Assembly (NCBI RefSeq): GCF_037902255.1
Contig: NZ_CP147990.1
Location: 2,610,001 to 2,642,000, forward strand
Direction: 5' to 3'
Origin: Candidatus Electrothrix sp. GW3-4
GTDB taxonomy: Bacteria; Desulfobacterota; Desulfobulbia; Desulfobulbales; Desulfobulbaceae
DNA: 32,000 bases
The notes beneath the pieces are model-generated. The model did not search any database, was not told where the DNA came from, and was given only the letters and a program-made list of their open reading frames with translations. The translations under genes were made by a program, and so were the position numbers. Of this stretch, positions 25,251 through 32,000 are shown in pieces; the stretch's first letter is position 1; each line of letters opens with the position of its first letter.

Positions 25251-27296
25251 ATGACGGATAACCGATTCGAGAACAGGGACGGCGACCAGAACATCGGTCA
25301 GGGTGATGGTGCCGTGGGCAAGCAGATTAATGACCACAGAACGACCTCCCAGGCCATCGACGGCAATGAGAACATGGCCGCAGGTAGGGACATCAACATA
25401 ACCAATAATCATTACCCGCCCGCCTCTCCCAACTCTCCCGCCTCTCGCAACCTCCTTCCGAGCGAAGACGCGGTCTTCCTTTACCGTGAAACCGAACTGG
25501 CCTGGCTGGATGAGCAGCTGCACCCTGACCGGGTGGTGGCGGTTTGTGGACCCGGCGGCATGGGCAAGACCTCCTTGGCTGCCCGATCCGTGCGCAGGCT
25601 TCCTGCTGACCGCTTCCCGGACGGGATCATCTTTCACACCTTTTACCATCAGCCGAACACGGCTCAGGCGGTGCAGACTATTGCCCTGGCCCTGCATCTG
25701 CCTGTACAGGGGGATGTGCAGCAGCAGGTGGCTGCGGCCCTGGGGAGCAGGCAGGCATTGCTGATTCTGGATGGGGCTGAGGAGGCGGACGATCTCCCGG
25801 CTGTGCTGGGCCTGCGCGGGCGATGCGGAGTGCTGATCACCACCCGGAAAAAGAGCGACTGCGGGCCGTTGCGCCTGGACCTGCAACCCCTGCCGGATGA
25901 GCAGTCCGAGGATGTGCTGCGGGCCTGGGGCGGGGAGGCCGGGCAACAGGATGCCATTGAGGAGATTGCCGAGCTGCTGGGTGGCTGGCCCGTGGCCCTG
26001 CGCCTGGCCGGGCATTATCTGCACAGCAGGGGTGAACCTGCAACAGACTACCTGCGCTGGTTGGAGGAGGAGCCGTTCAAGGAGCTGGGGGAGAGTGAGG
26101 AGCACCAGCGGGATAATGCGGCCCTGCTGCTTGCGCGGAGCACGGCCCAGGTGGGAGAGAATGCCCGCCTTGTGCTGGGGCTGGCAGGTTGCTTGGCCTA
26201 TGACCTACTGGCGACTGCGCCCATGATTGCCCTGCTGGAAGACGATGAACGCCGCTGCCGCAAGGCTGTGAACGAGCTGGTCAATTACGGCCTGCTGGAA
26301 CGCCGGGACGACCGCCTGCACATAGGCCATGCCCTGATCCATGAGTACGCGGCCCGGAACTTGCCCCTGAGCACAGAGGCCCTGGAGCGGGTGGCTGGCT
26401 ATTATATAGGGTGGTGCGAGGAACAGAGTGCAGCCGGTGTACCGGGCTATGTCCTGCTGGATGATGAGCGGGCGCATTGCCTGCGGCTGATTGCGGCTTG
26501 CCTGGATGGGGAACTGTGGCAGGAGGTGCAAGGCTTGGTCGGGGCGATGTGGGAGTATCTTGATCGGCAGGGCTGGTGGACAGAACGCTTGACTGCCTTG
26601 GAAATACGACTTGATGCGGCCCGCAAGGTTGGCGACCGCAAGAATGAAGGCTGGTGCCTGAACAGTTTGGGCTACACCTGCGCTAATCGCGGGGAGAAGG
26701 ACCAGGCCCTGCACTGGTATGAGCAATGCCTGCCTCTATGGCGTGAGCTGGGAGAGCGCAAGGAGGAAGGCGTGACCCTGAATAACATGGCCGAGATTTA
26801 TCGGCAACAAGGCAAGTACGAACTGGCTTTGGAATATTTTGAGCAGAGCCTGAGCATCTTGCGAGAGGTCGGCGACCGGGAGGGGGAAGGTGTGACCCTG
26901 AATAATATCGGTTCGCTTTATTGGGTACAGAAGAAGTATGATGAAGCCCTGTCGTATTATGAGCAGAGCCTACCTATTCACAGAGAGGTTGGCAATAAGA
27001 TCGTGGAAGGCATCACCCTGAACAACATTGCCGCTATCTATGCTGCCAAGGGTGAGCCGGGCAAGGCGGTGGAGTATTACAAGAAAGACTTGGCGATATG
27101 TCGAGAGCTGGGTGACCGGGCCGGAGAAGCGGTAACCTGCTGGAACATCGGCCTCACCTATGAAGATATGGGCGACCTTGCCCGGGCTGAGGAACACATT
27201 GCCCTGGCCGTGGAGATTGCAGAGCAGATCGGGCATCCTTCCTTGGAGAAATACCGCACATACCTGGAACGGCTGCGGGCCGCGCGGCGAATGTAG
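25251..27296 (+). CDS. STAND NTPase: short N/G/Q-rich N-terminus + NB-ARC domain + TPR repeats
   Basis: Walker A GPGGMGKTSLA, Walker B LLILDGAEE, VLITTRKK (TTR), and the GLPL-like GGWPVALRLAG. The C-terminus has 6 or more ~40-aa TPR units (LNN(M/I)(A/G)xIY...Y.EAL.YYEQSL.I.REVGD). Length is 681 aa. Confidence 0.85.
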   Translation: MTDNRFENRDGDQNIGQGDGAVGKQINDHRTTSQAIDGNENMAAGRDINITNNHYPPASPNSPASRNLLPSEDAVFLYRETELAWLDEQLHPDRVVAVCGPGGMGKTSLAARSVRRLPADRFPDGIIFHTFYHQPNTAQAVQTIALALHLPVQGDVQQQVAAALGSRQALLILDGAEEADDLPAVLGLRGRCGVLITTRKKSDCGPLRLDLQPLPDEQSEDVLRAWGGEAGQQDAIEEIAELLGGWPVALRLAGHYLHSRGEPATDYLRWLEEEPFKELGESEEHQRDNAALLLARSTAQVGENARLVLGLAGCLAYDLLATAPMIALLEDDERRCRKAVNELVNYGLLERRDDRLHIGHALIHEYAARNLPLSTEALERVAGYYIGWCEEQSAAGVPGYVLLDDERAHCLRLIAACLDGELWQEVQGLVGAMWEYLDRQGWWTERLTALEIRLDAARKVGDRKNEGWCLNSLGYTCANRGEKDQALHWYEQCLPLWRELGERKEEGVTLNNMAEIYRQQGKYELALEYFEQSLSILREVGDREGEGVTLNNIGSLYWVQKKYDEALSYYEQSLPIHREVGNKIVEGITLNNIAAIYAAKGEPGKAVEYYKKDLAICRELGDRAGEAVTCWNIGLTYEDMGDLARAEEHIALAVEIAEQIGHPSLEKYRTYLERLRAARRM

Positions 27297-27318
27297 GGGC
27301 GACCGGCCGGTCACCCGT
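27293..27318. repeat. REP-like element GTAGGGGCGACCGG/CCGGTCACCC
   Basis: GTAG followed by an imperfect GC palindrome. Its TAG (27294-27296) is the stop codon of the STAND NTPase gene. Confidence 0.65.
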
Positions 27319-27363
27319 ATGGAATGCACCGGGTGGTAATGGTCGGGAATATCGTTGGGCAGG

Positions 27364-27426
27364 GTAGGGGCAGGTCCCCGTGCCTGCCCTGTATGTTTCC
27401 GGGTAGACACAGGGGTCTACCCCTAC
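27364..27426. repeat. REPIN-like doublet 1 (two inverted GTAG-REP units, 11-nt spacer)
   Basis: GTAGGGGCAGGTCCCCGTGCCTGCCC, then tgtatgtttcc, then GGGTAGACACAGGGGTCTACCCCTAC. Each half is itself a 7-8-bp hairpin. Confidence 0.8.
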
Positions 27427-27454
27427 GGGGTTGTGTTGATTCATCGCCGGGGGC

Positions 27455-27517
27455 GTAGGGGCAAATCCCCGTGTTTGCCCGTGATGGTTCTGGGTAGACA
27501 CACAGGTCTCCCCCTAC
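27455..27517. repeat. REPIN-like doublet 2
   Basis: GTAGGGGCAAATCCCCGTGTTTGCCC, then gtgatggttct, then GGGTAGACACACAGGTCTCCCCCTAC. It lies 91 nt after doublet 1. The stem CAAA/TTTG covaries with CAGG/CCTG of doublet 1. Confidence 0.8.
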
Positions 27518-27543
27518 AGGTGGTTAAATATTACCCGGTTGGG

Positions 27544-27643
27544 GTACAGGGCATCGGCCCTTCTGCCCTGAAGGAACATGGATGCCACCCGATTGCAACG
27601 CGCCGGGTGGTCATCGCAGGGGCACAACGCACCGTGCCCTTAC
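27544..27643. repeat. Two degenerate REP-like hairpins
   Basis: GTACAGGGCA-N10-TGCCCTG (27544-27570) and GGGGCAC-N8-GTGCCCTTAC (27619-27643). Confidence 0.45.
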
Positions 27644-27667
27644 AACATTGCGCAACAACTCAACACA

Positions 27668-28630
27668 ATGACCGTCAAACAAAAGACCCTCTGGCCGATT
27701 CACGCCATGATGCTGCTCTGCGCCGGGCTGGTCTCCACCTCCTTCACGGTGAGCAAGGCCATTACCGATGCTATGGACCCGGCAGTCCTGACCCTGCTGC
27801 GTTTCGTTATCGCGGCTCTGCTCTTTCTGCCCTATATCCACTCCAAATATGGGCTGCATCTGCCGGAGAGAAAACGCCTGTTCGGCTATGCCTGCATCAG
27901 CTTCACCCTGACCGGCTTTTTCTGGCTCATGTTCCTCGCCATGCGCTCCACCACGGCCCTGAACACCGGGGTGATCTTTACCCTGGTGCCGAGCATCTCG
28001 GGCCTGTACAGCGCTGTCCTGCTCAGGGAACGATTGGGACGCCACCGGCTCATGGCCATGCTGCCTGCCACCCTGGGCGCGGTTTGGGTCCTGTTTCGCG
28101 GCAGTCTGAGCGAGCTCCTGGCCTTTAACCTCAACCCCGGCGACCTGCTCTTTTTCAGCAGCTGCCTGCTCATGGCCTTCTATACCCCCCTAGTCAAATT
28201 CTTCCACCAGGACGAACCCATGACGCTGATGACCTTCTGGATCCTGGTCACAGGTACGGGCTGGCTCCTGCTCTTTTGCGGCTACCAACTGCCCGCTATG
28301 GCCTGGGAACAGGTGCCGCTCCGGGTCTGGGGTGGCATCATCTACCTCTCGGTCTTTTCCACCATCATTACCTTCTTTCTCAGCCAGCTCTGCACCCTTT
28401 CCCTCGGGCCAACCAGAGTCATGGCCTATAGTTATCTCTATCCGCCCTTCATCGTCCTGATAGAATGGGGCCTCGGCCATCCCCTGCCCTCGGCCCGGAT
28501 CATACCCGGCGTGGGGCTGATTATTGCAGCCATGTTTCTTGTTCAGCAGGGGGCAGAGGACCTTGTCCTCCTCAAGGGATGGAGGAAAGGAGCAGCAAAG
28601 GAAGGGGAAAAGGAAGGGGAAGGGAGGTAA
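27668..28630 (+). CDS. EamA/DMT-family transporter
   Basis: About ten hydrophobic helices with the two-fold EamA pattern. I trimmed the ORF to the ATG at 27668 (MTVKQKTLWPIHAMMLLCAGLVSTSF) because the ORF-track extension reads through REP-like repeats. Confidence 0.75.
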   Translation: MTVKQKTLWPIHAMMLLCAGLVSTSFTVSKAITDAMDPAVLTLLRFVIAALLFLPYIHSKYGLHLPERKRLFGYACISFTLTGFFWLMFLAMRSTTALNTGVIFTLVPSISGLYSAVLLRERLGRHRLMAMLPATLGAVWVLFRGSLSELLAFNLNPGDLLFFSSCLLMAFYTPLVKFFHQDEPMTLMTFWILVTGTGWLLLFCGYQLPAMAWEQVPLRVWGGIIYLSVFSTIITFFLSQLCTLSLGPTRVMAYSYLYPPFIVLIEWGLGHPLPSARIIPGVGLIIAAMFLVQQGAEDLVLLKGWRKGAAKEGEKEGEGR

Positions 28631-28712
28631 ACAAAAAGGGCAAGGCTCAGGGCGGCTGCGGACCACCTACCGCCCTTGCCTGCCCCGGATCTCTGAGGAC
28701 CGGGAAGATACG

Positions 28713-29120
28713 CTACTTGATACCCCTCTCGTTAAAATAGCTGCTGTACTTCTGATCAGAGCCCTTGATGTGGTTTTGCAACCATTTGCTGAGAAACTGC
28801 AGGACCTGGACAGAGACCGTGGCCCTGCCCGCATCAAACTCCTCTTTAAACTCAGTGACCTTTTGGACAAAGGCCACATGCTCTTTCTTATGCTCAACAG
28901 CATGGGGGTACCTCACCTGCTGGAAATACCTCTCCTCTCTCTGAAAATGGGAGGCCGTGTAGCTGATCAACCCATTCAGGATCTCGGCGAGCACATCCTT
29001 ACCGTGTCCCGCCTTCATCGCGTCGGTGAGTTCATTAACCATCTCCACCAGTCGTTTATGCTCTTCGTCAATCTTGGCCACATTGACACTGAAGCTGTCA
29101 TTCCATTTGATTAAGCTCAT
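28713..29120 (-). CDS. Hemerythrin-like metal-binding protein (bacteriohemerythrin)
   Basis: MSLIKWNDSFSVNVAKIDEEHKRLV...SHFQREE...HKKEHVAF...WLQNHIKGSD carries the H/E/D iron ligands in canonical order. AGGAGG SD lies 5 nt before the ATG at 29120. Length is 135 aa. Confidence 0.85.
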   Translation of the reverse strand: MSLIKWNDSFSVNVAKIDEEHKRLVEMVNELTDAMKAGHGKDVLAEILNGLISYTASHFQREERYFQQVRYPHAVEHKKEHVAFVQKVTEFKEEFDAGRATVSVQVLQFLSKWLQNHIKGSDQKYSSYFNERGIK

Positions 29121-29329
29121 CACACCTCCTCTTTTGGTTTCCCGGCCCCTTAAGGACCATAATATATAGAGCAAGTATACCTGGTTCCCAGGGAACAAGA
29201 TAGGATCTTTTCTCTCTCCTGCAAGGAACTCCCAGGAGGAAAAGGGCACGAGTACCCTCCTGGCAAGCAGGCTGAGGTCATTTCTCGAACGCAGGAAAGG
29301 ACGCCGTGCTCTCAATGCCCACCCTGCTC

Positions 29330-30796
29330 TTACTCTTGCTTTTGCTCTTGCTCTTTAAGGAGTGCCAACAGCTGGGCATGGATATTATCAAAGCCACCGT
29401 TGGAGAGAATGGCAACAACATCACCGGGCCGGACCTGCTCGCCAAGAAAGGCAAGGATCGCCGTTGTATCCGGGAAATATGCAGCAGGGATCCCCTGCTC
29501 ATGCAGGGCAGCTGCCAGTTGGCAGGAGGAAAACTGCTCAGCAGCAGGGACATTGGCCAGGGGCACGATCTCCCGCACCAGGACCTGATCCGCCCCGCTG
29601 AAGGCCTGTTCGTACTGCTGCTGAAAGACCGCCCGCCGACTGGAGTTGGTGCGCGGCTCAAAGACGATGAGCAGGCGTCGGTCCGGCCAGGCCAGGCGCA
29701 GGGCCTGCACCGTCTCCCGGACTGCGGTGGGATGATGGGCAAAGTCATCAATCACGGTGATACCGTTGACCTCTCCCCTGATCTGCTGGCGCCGCTTGAT
29801 CCCCTCAAAGGAGGCTAACCCTGCTCTGATGGCCTGCTGGTCGATTCCAAGATGATCCATCAGGGCAATCACGGCCAGGGCATTGAGGCCATTATGACGA
29901 CCCGGCATGGGCAGGGTAAACTCCTCAAAAAGGAGGCCGTCCTTATAGGCGGCAAAGGTGGAGCTAAGCCCGGTCACGGCGAGATCACGCAACTGCCAGC
30001 GACAGTCCTTGCCCATGCCGTAGCTGAGCACCGGGGCAGAGCACTGGTCTGCAATCTCGGCAACCACAGGATCATCCGTGCAGGCCACCAGGACCCCATC
30101 CGCAGGAATCAGGCCAACGAAACGGACAAAGGAGGCCTTGATCGTCTCCAGATCAGCAAAGATATCTGCGTGGTCAAACTCAATGGAGGTCAGGATGGCG
30201 CAATGGGGTCGGTAATGGAGGAACTTGGAGACCTTATTAAAAAAGGCCGTGTCGTACTCATCCCCTTCCACGACAAAGAACTCTCCCTCACCCAGGCGAT
30301 AATTGCGGCCAAAGGCCTCAACAATCCCGCCGATGAGAAAACCAGGTGAGCAGCCTGCCCGATGCAGGGCCGTGGCCAGCAGGGAGGAGGTGGTGGTCTT
30401 ACCGTGGGTTCCGGCAACGACCAGGGACTTCTTGGGTGCTTCGCCGCCGAGGAAGAAATGACCCAGGGCCTGGGGCATGGAGAGATAGGGGATAGCCAAC
30501 TCTGCCAGTCGCTGGGCCTCCGGGAACACAGCCTGGATCACGTTGCCGACAATGACCAGATCCGGGCAGAGCTCCAGGTTCTCTGGCACATAGCCCTGCA
30601 TAACCTCGATGCCTGCCTGGGCAAGGAAGTCGGACATGGGCGGGTAGACATTCTGATCCGAGCCCGTGACCCGGTAGCCGCTCTCCTTGAGCATGCCAGC
30701 AATGGCGGCCATGCCAGTGCCGCAGACCCCCATGATATGGATATGGTGGATGCTCTCCGGCACCGTATTGAGCTGTGGGTCAAGCAGGGCGGTCAT
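29330..30796 (-). CDS. mpl: UDP-N-acetylmuramate:L-alanyl-gamma-D-glutamyl-meso-diaminopimelate ligase (murein peptide ligase)
   Basis: HIMGVCGTGMAAIAGMLKESGYRVTGSDQNVYPPMSDFL, the GTHGKTTT P-loop, and Mur-ligase middle and C-terminal domains. Length is 488 aa. Confidence 0.85.
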   Translation of the reverse strand: MTALLDPQLNTVPESIHHIHIMGVCGTGMAAIAGMLKESGYRVTGSDQNVYPPMSDFLAQAGIEVMQGYVPENLELCPDLVIVGNVIQAVFPEAQRLAELAIPYLSMPQALGHFFLGGEAPKKSLVVAGTHGKTTTSSLLATALHRAGCSPGFLIGGIVEAFGRNYRLGEGEFFVVEGDEYDTAFFNKVSKFLHYRPHCAILTSIEFDHADIFADLETIKASFVRFVGLIPADGVLVACTDDPVVAEIADQCSAPVLSYGMGKDCRWQLRDLAVTGLSSTFAAYKDGLLFEEFTLPMPGRHNGLNALAVIALMDHLGIDQQAIRAGLASFEGIKRRQQIRGEVNGITVIDDFAHHPTAVRETVQALRLAWPDRRLLIVFEPRTNSSRRAVFQQQYEQAFSGADQVLVREIVPLANVPAAEQFSSCQLAAALHEQGIPAAYFPDTTAILAFLGEQVRPGDVVAILSNGGFDNIHAQLLALLKEQEQKQE

Positions 30797-31017
30797 GAGA
30801 ATCCCTTGGCCGATTTCCTGAGCGCATTAAAACCCCGCTTGTAATGCTCCTCAAAATTACCCGGGGTCACCCGGCCAATTTCAATAAACTTGACCACGAT
30901 CTCCTTGGTCGCCTTTAAGATCGACTCATGGGTGATCGGCCGACTATCGGGCTGTTTTTTCTGCTGTTCACTCATGGTATGCATAAAAAGGGGGATATTC
31001 TCGTTCAACCCATCCAT
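30793..31017 (-). CDS. Small hypothetical protein translationally coupled to mpl
   Basis: Its TGA overlaps the mpl ATG as ATGA at 30796-30793. The start is uncertain (M1, M12 or M15) and there is no clear SD. The segment ILKATKEIVVKFIEIGRVTPGNFEEHYKRGFNAL weakly resembles the N-terminal region of Ros/MucR regulators but lacks their zinc finger. This resemblance is unverified. Confidence 0.45.
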   Translation of the reverse strand: MDGLNENIPLFMHTMSEQQKKQPDSRPITHESILKATKEIVVKFIEIGRVTPGNFEEHYKRGFNALRKSAKGFS

Positions 31018-31154
31018 AAAAAGGACAACGGGGCAAAAAAAGCCCCTGTCACCACGAAGAAGGCCAATCCAGTCAGAGTAACAGGGGGACTCACACAGGA
31101 AAAACCGTCAGGCACTCCCTGGGAAGACATTATTCTCATCTCAGAGCACTCTGC

Positions 31155-31787
31155 CTAGTTCTTGGCCAAGGCGTTAAAGTCAATGGACTCAGCAAACTTC
31201 AACATCATCTCTTGCTCGACCCCATGCCCTTTGATAGTGACCATAAAGCGGCTGGCCACCACGATATCAATCTCACCCTTTCGGTCCTTATCATCGTATT
31301 TGATCATGGCGCGTTGGCGGCTGATGGTCTTAATGATCCCGCCAGCAGCCCCGGCAAACATGGGATTATTGAGCATGGTCATAATGGATTGCAGCACTGG
31401 CGAGTCAGAGACGATCTCAATGGAAAGAGTGGCTCCCTTGTCCGTGTAGTAATCACGACTCACGGTCACTCCACCTCCAAAAACGGCTGTACCCAGGGCC
31501 TGGGCTGTGGCGGGTTTGGCCTGCCATCCGCTTAATGGCTCGGGCAATAAGGCCTTCATCCGTTCACTTCTTTTCTGGCGGATGAGCTGGGTGGCATAAT
31601 CCAGGTTAGAGATGGCCCCGGCAAACTCACCGAGTTTATACTGTTTAACCGCCTCTTGAACGGTTGTCAGCACATCATCAGCTTCTTCTTGAGACTCTTG
31701 AGAAAAGACAGGTTGCGAAAGGAAGCAGGTAAGAAAAAAGGATAAAATTATAAAAGGATTAAGGCGGATTATTTGTTTTTTCTTCAT
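31155..31787 (-). CDS. Hypothetical secreted/periplasmic protein
   Basis: Trimmed to MKKKQIIRLNPFIILSFFLTCFLSQPVFSQ-E, a signal peptide. Length is 210 aa. I recognise no family. Confidence 0.6.
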   Translation of the reverse strand: MKKKQIIRLNPFIILSFFLTCFLSQPVFSQESQEEADDVLTTVQEAVKQYKLGEFAGAISNLDYATQLIRQKRSERMKALLPEPLSGWQAKPATAQALGTAVFGGGVTVSRDYYTDKGATLSIEIVSDSPVLQSIMTMLNNPMFAGAAGGIIKTISRQRAMIKYDDKDRKGEIDIVVASRFMVTIKGHGVEQEMMLKFAESIDFNALAKN

Positions 31788-32000
31788 TATGTTCTCTGGT
31801 TTCTGAGGGCCGGGAGCTGTTCTTTTCCTTATTATGTGATACCAACCCCCAGGGCCCCTGTCAAGCTGGAACAGCGGCCCACATCCCTTACCTGATGGGC
31901 TGTTCAGCCCTCCAATATCATCCCCGCAGGTTCTCTGCTGAAACACCTCAGGACAGCTCTTCGTCCTCATCCTTATCCTCGTCCGTACAGGAGCTCGGCA

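Noticed and set aside
25053-26105. 350-aa minus-strand ORF (plus several shorter ones) inside the STAND NTPase gene
   Set aside because: It is antisense to a CDS with clear NB-ARC motifs. Its product is Pro/Arg/Gly/Gln-rich and low-complexity, as is typical of open antisense frames in GC-rich DNA.
26970-28128. ORFs 26970..27410(-), 27154..27501(-) and 27355..28128(+) crossing the 27.3-27.65 kb repeats
   Set aside because: Their sequences (GQARGPAPT, GQTRGFAPT, VGAGPRACP) are translations of the REP-like palindromes. They overlap the well-supported NB-ARC and EamA genes in other frames.
28631-28712. Hairpins (GGGCGG...CCGCCC, CCGG...CCGG) between the convergent EamA and hemerythrin genes as a bidirectional terminator
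   Set aside because: The stems are short or interrupted and neither strand has a U-tract. This is not enough to call a terminator.
1-32000. Mobile element, prophage or genomic island call for any part of the window
   Set aside because: I found no integrase, transposase, phage structural genes, tRNA attachment site or long direct or inverted terminal repeats. The REP-like elements are not by themselves evidence of an island.

Overview
This 32-kb chromosomal window holds mostly housekeeping genes on both strands. I see no rRNA, tRNA, CRISPR array, transposase or integrase.

Gene layout:
- Minus block 1-4364: a partial membrane protein, a secreted Cys-rich protein, enolase, NAD kinase and P5C reductase.
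- Plus block 4911-10978: galU, priA and a ParE/GyrB-family topoisomerase B subunit.
- Minus block 11041-19735: a PilZ protein and two hypotheticals (one NlpC/P60-like), then the most unusual coding region. That region is a ~740-aa protein built from three tandem CheW-like modules plus an acidic tail. It overlaps by 59 nt a 908-aa acidic single-pass membrane protein that ends in a LysM domain. An RCK-type K+ channel and a small lipoprotein lie directly upstream.
- Plus block 19945-28630: rsmI, a 1427-aa double BcrAD/BadFG-type ATPase fusion, an NB-ARC/TPR STAND NTPase with only a short N/G/Q-rich N-terminus, and an EamA transporter. The STAND gene is bracketed by GTAG-type REP/REPIN-like palindromes.
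- Minus block 28713-31787: hemerythrin, mpl, a small coupled ORF and a secreted protein.

Non-coding highlights:
- A 2 x 85-nt structured tandem repeat with stem covariation sits directly upstream of eno.
- Between priA and the topoisomerase gene there are three hairpins whose loops read as Shine-Dalgarno (plus strand) or anti-Shine-Dalgarno (minus strand). A minus-strand intrinsic terminator and a TATAAT box flank them, making a candidate ~300-nt sRNA.

The gene content suggests an anaerobic Desulfobacterota-like organism. That is inference only, because no database search was possible.
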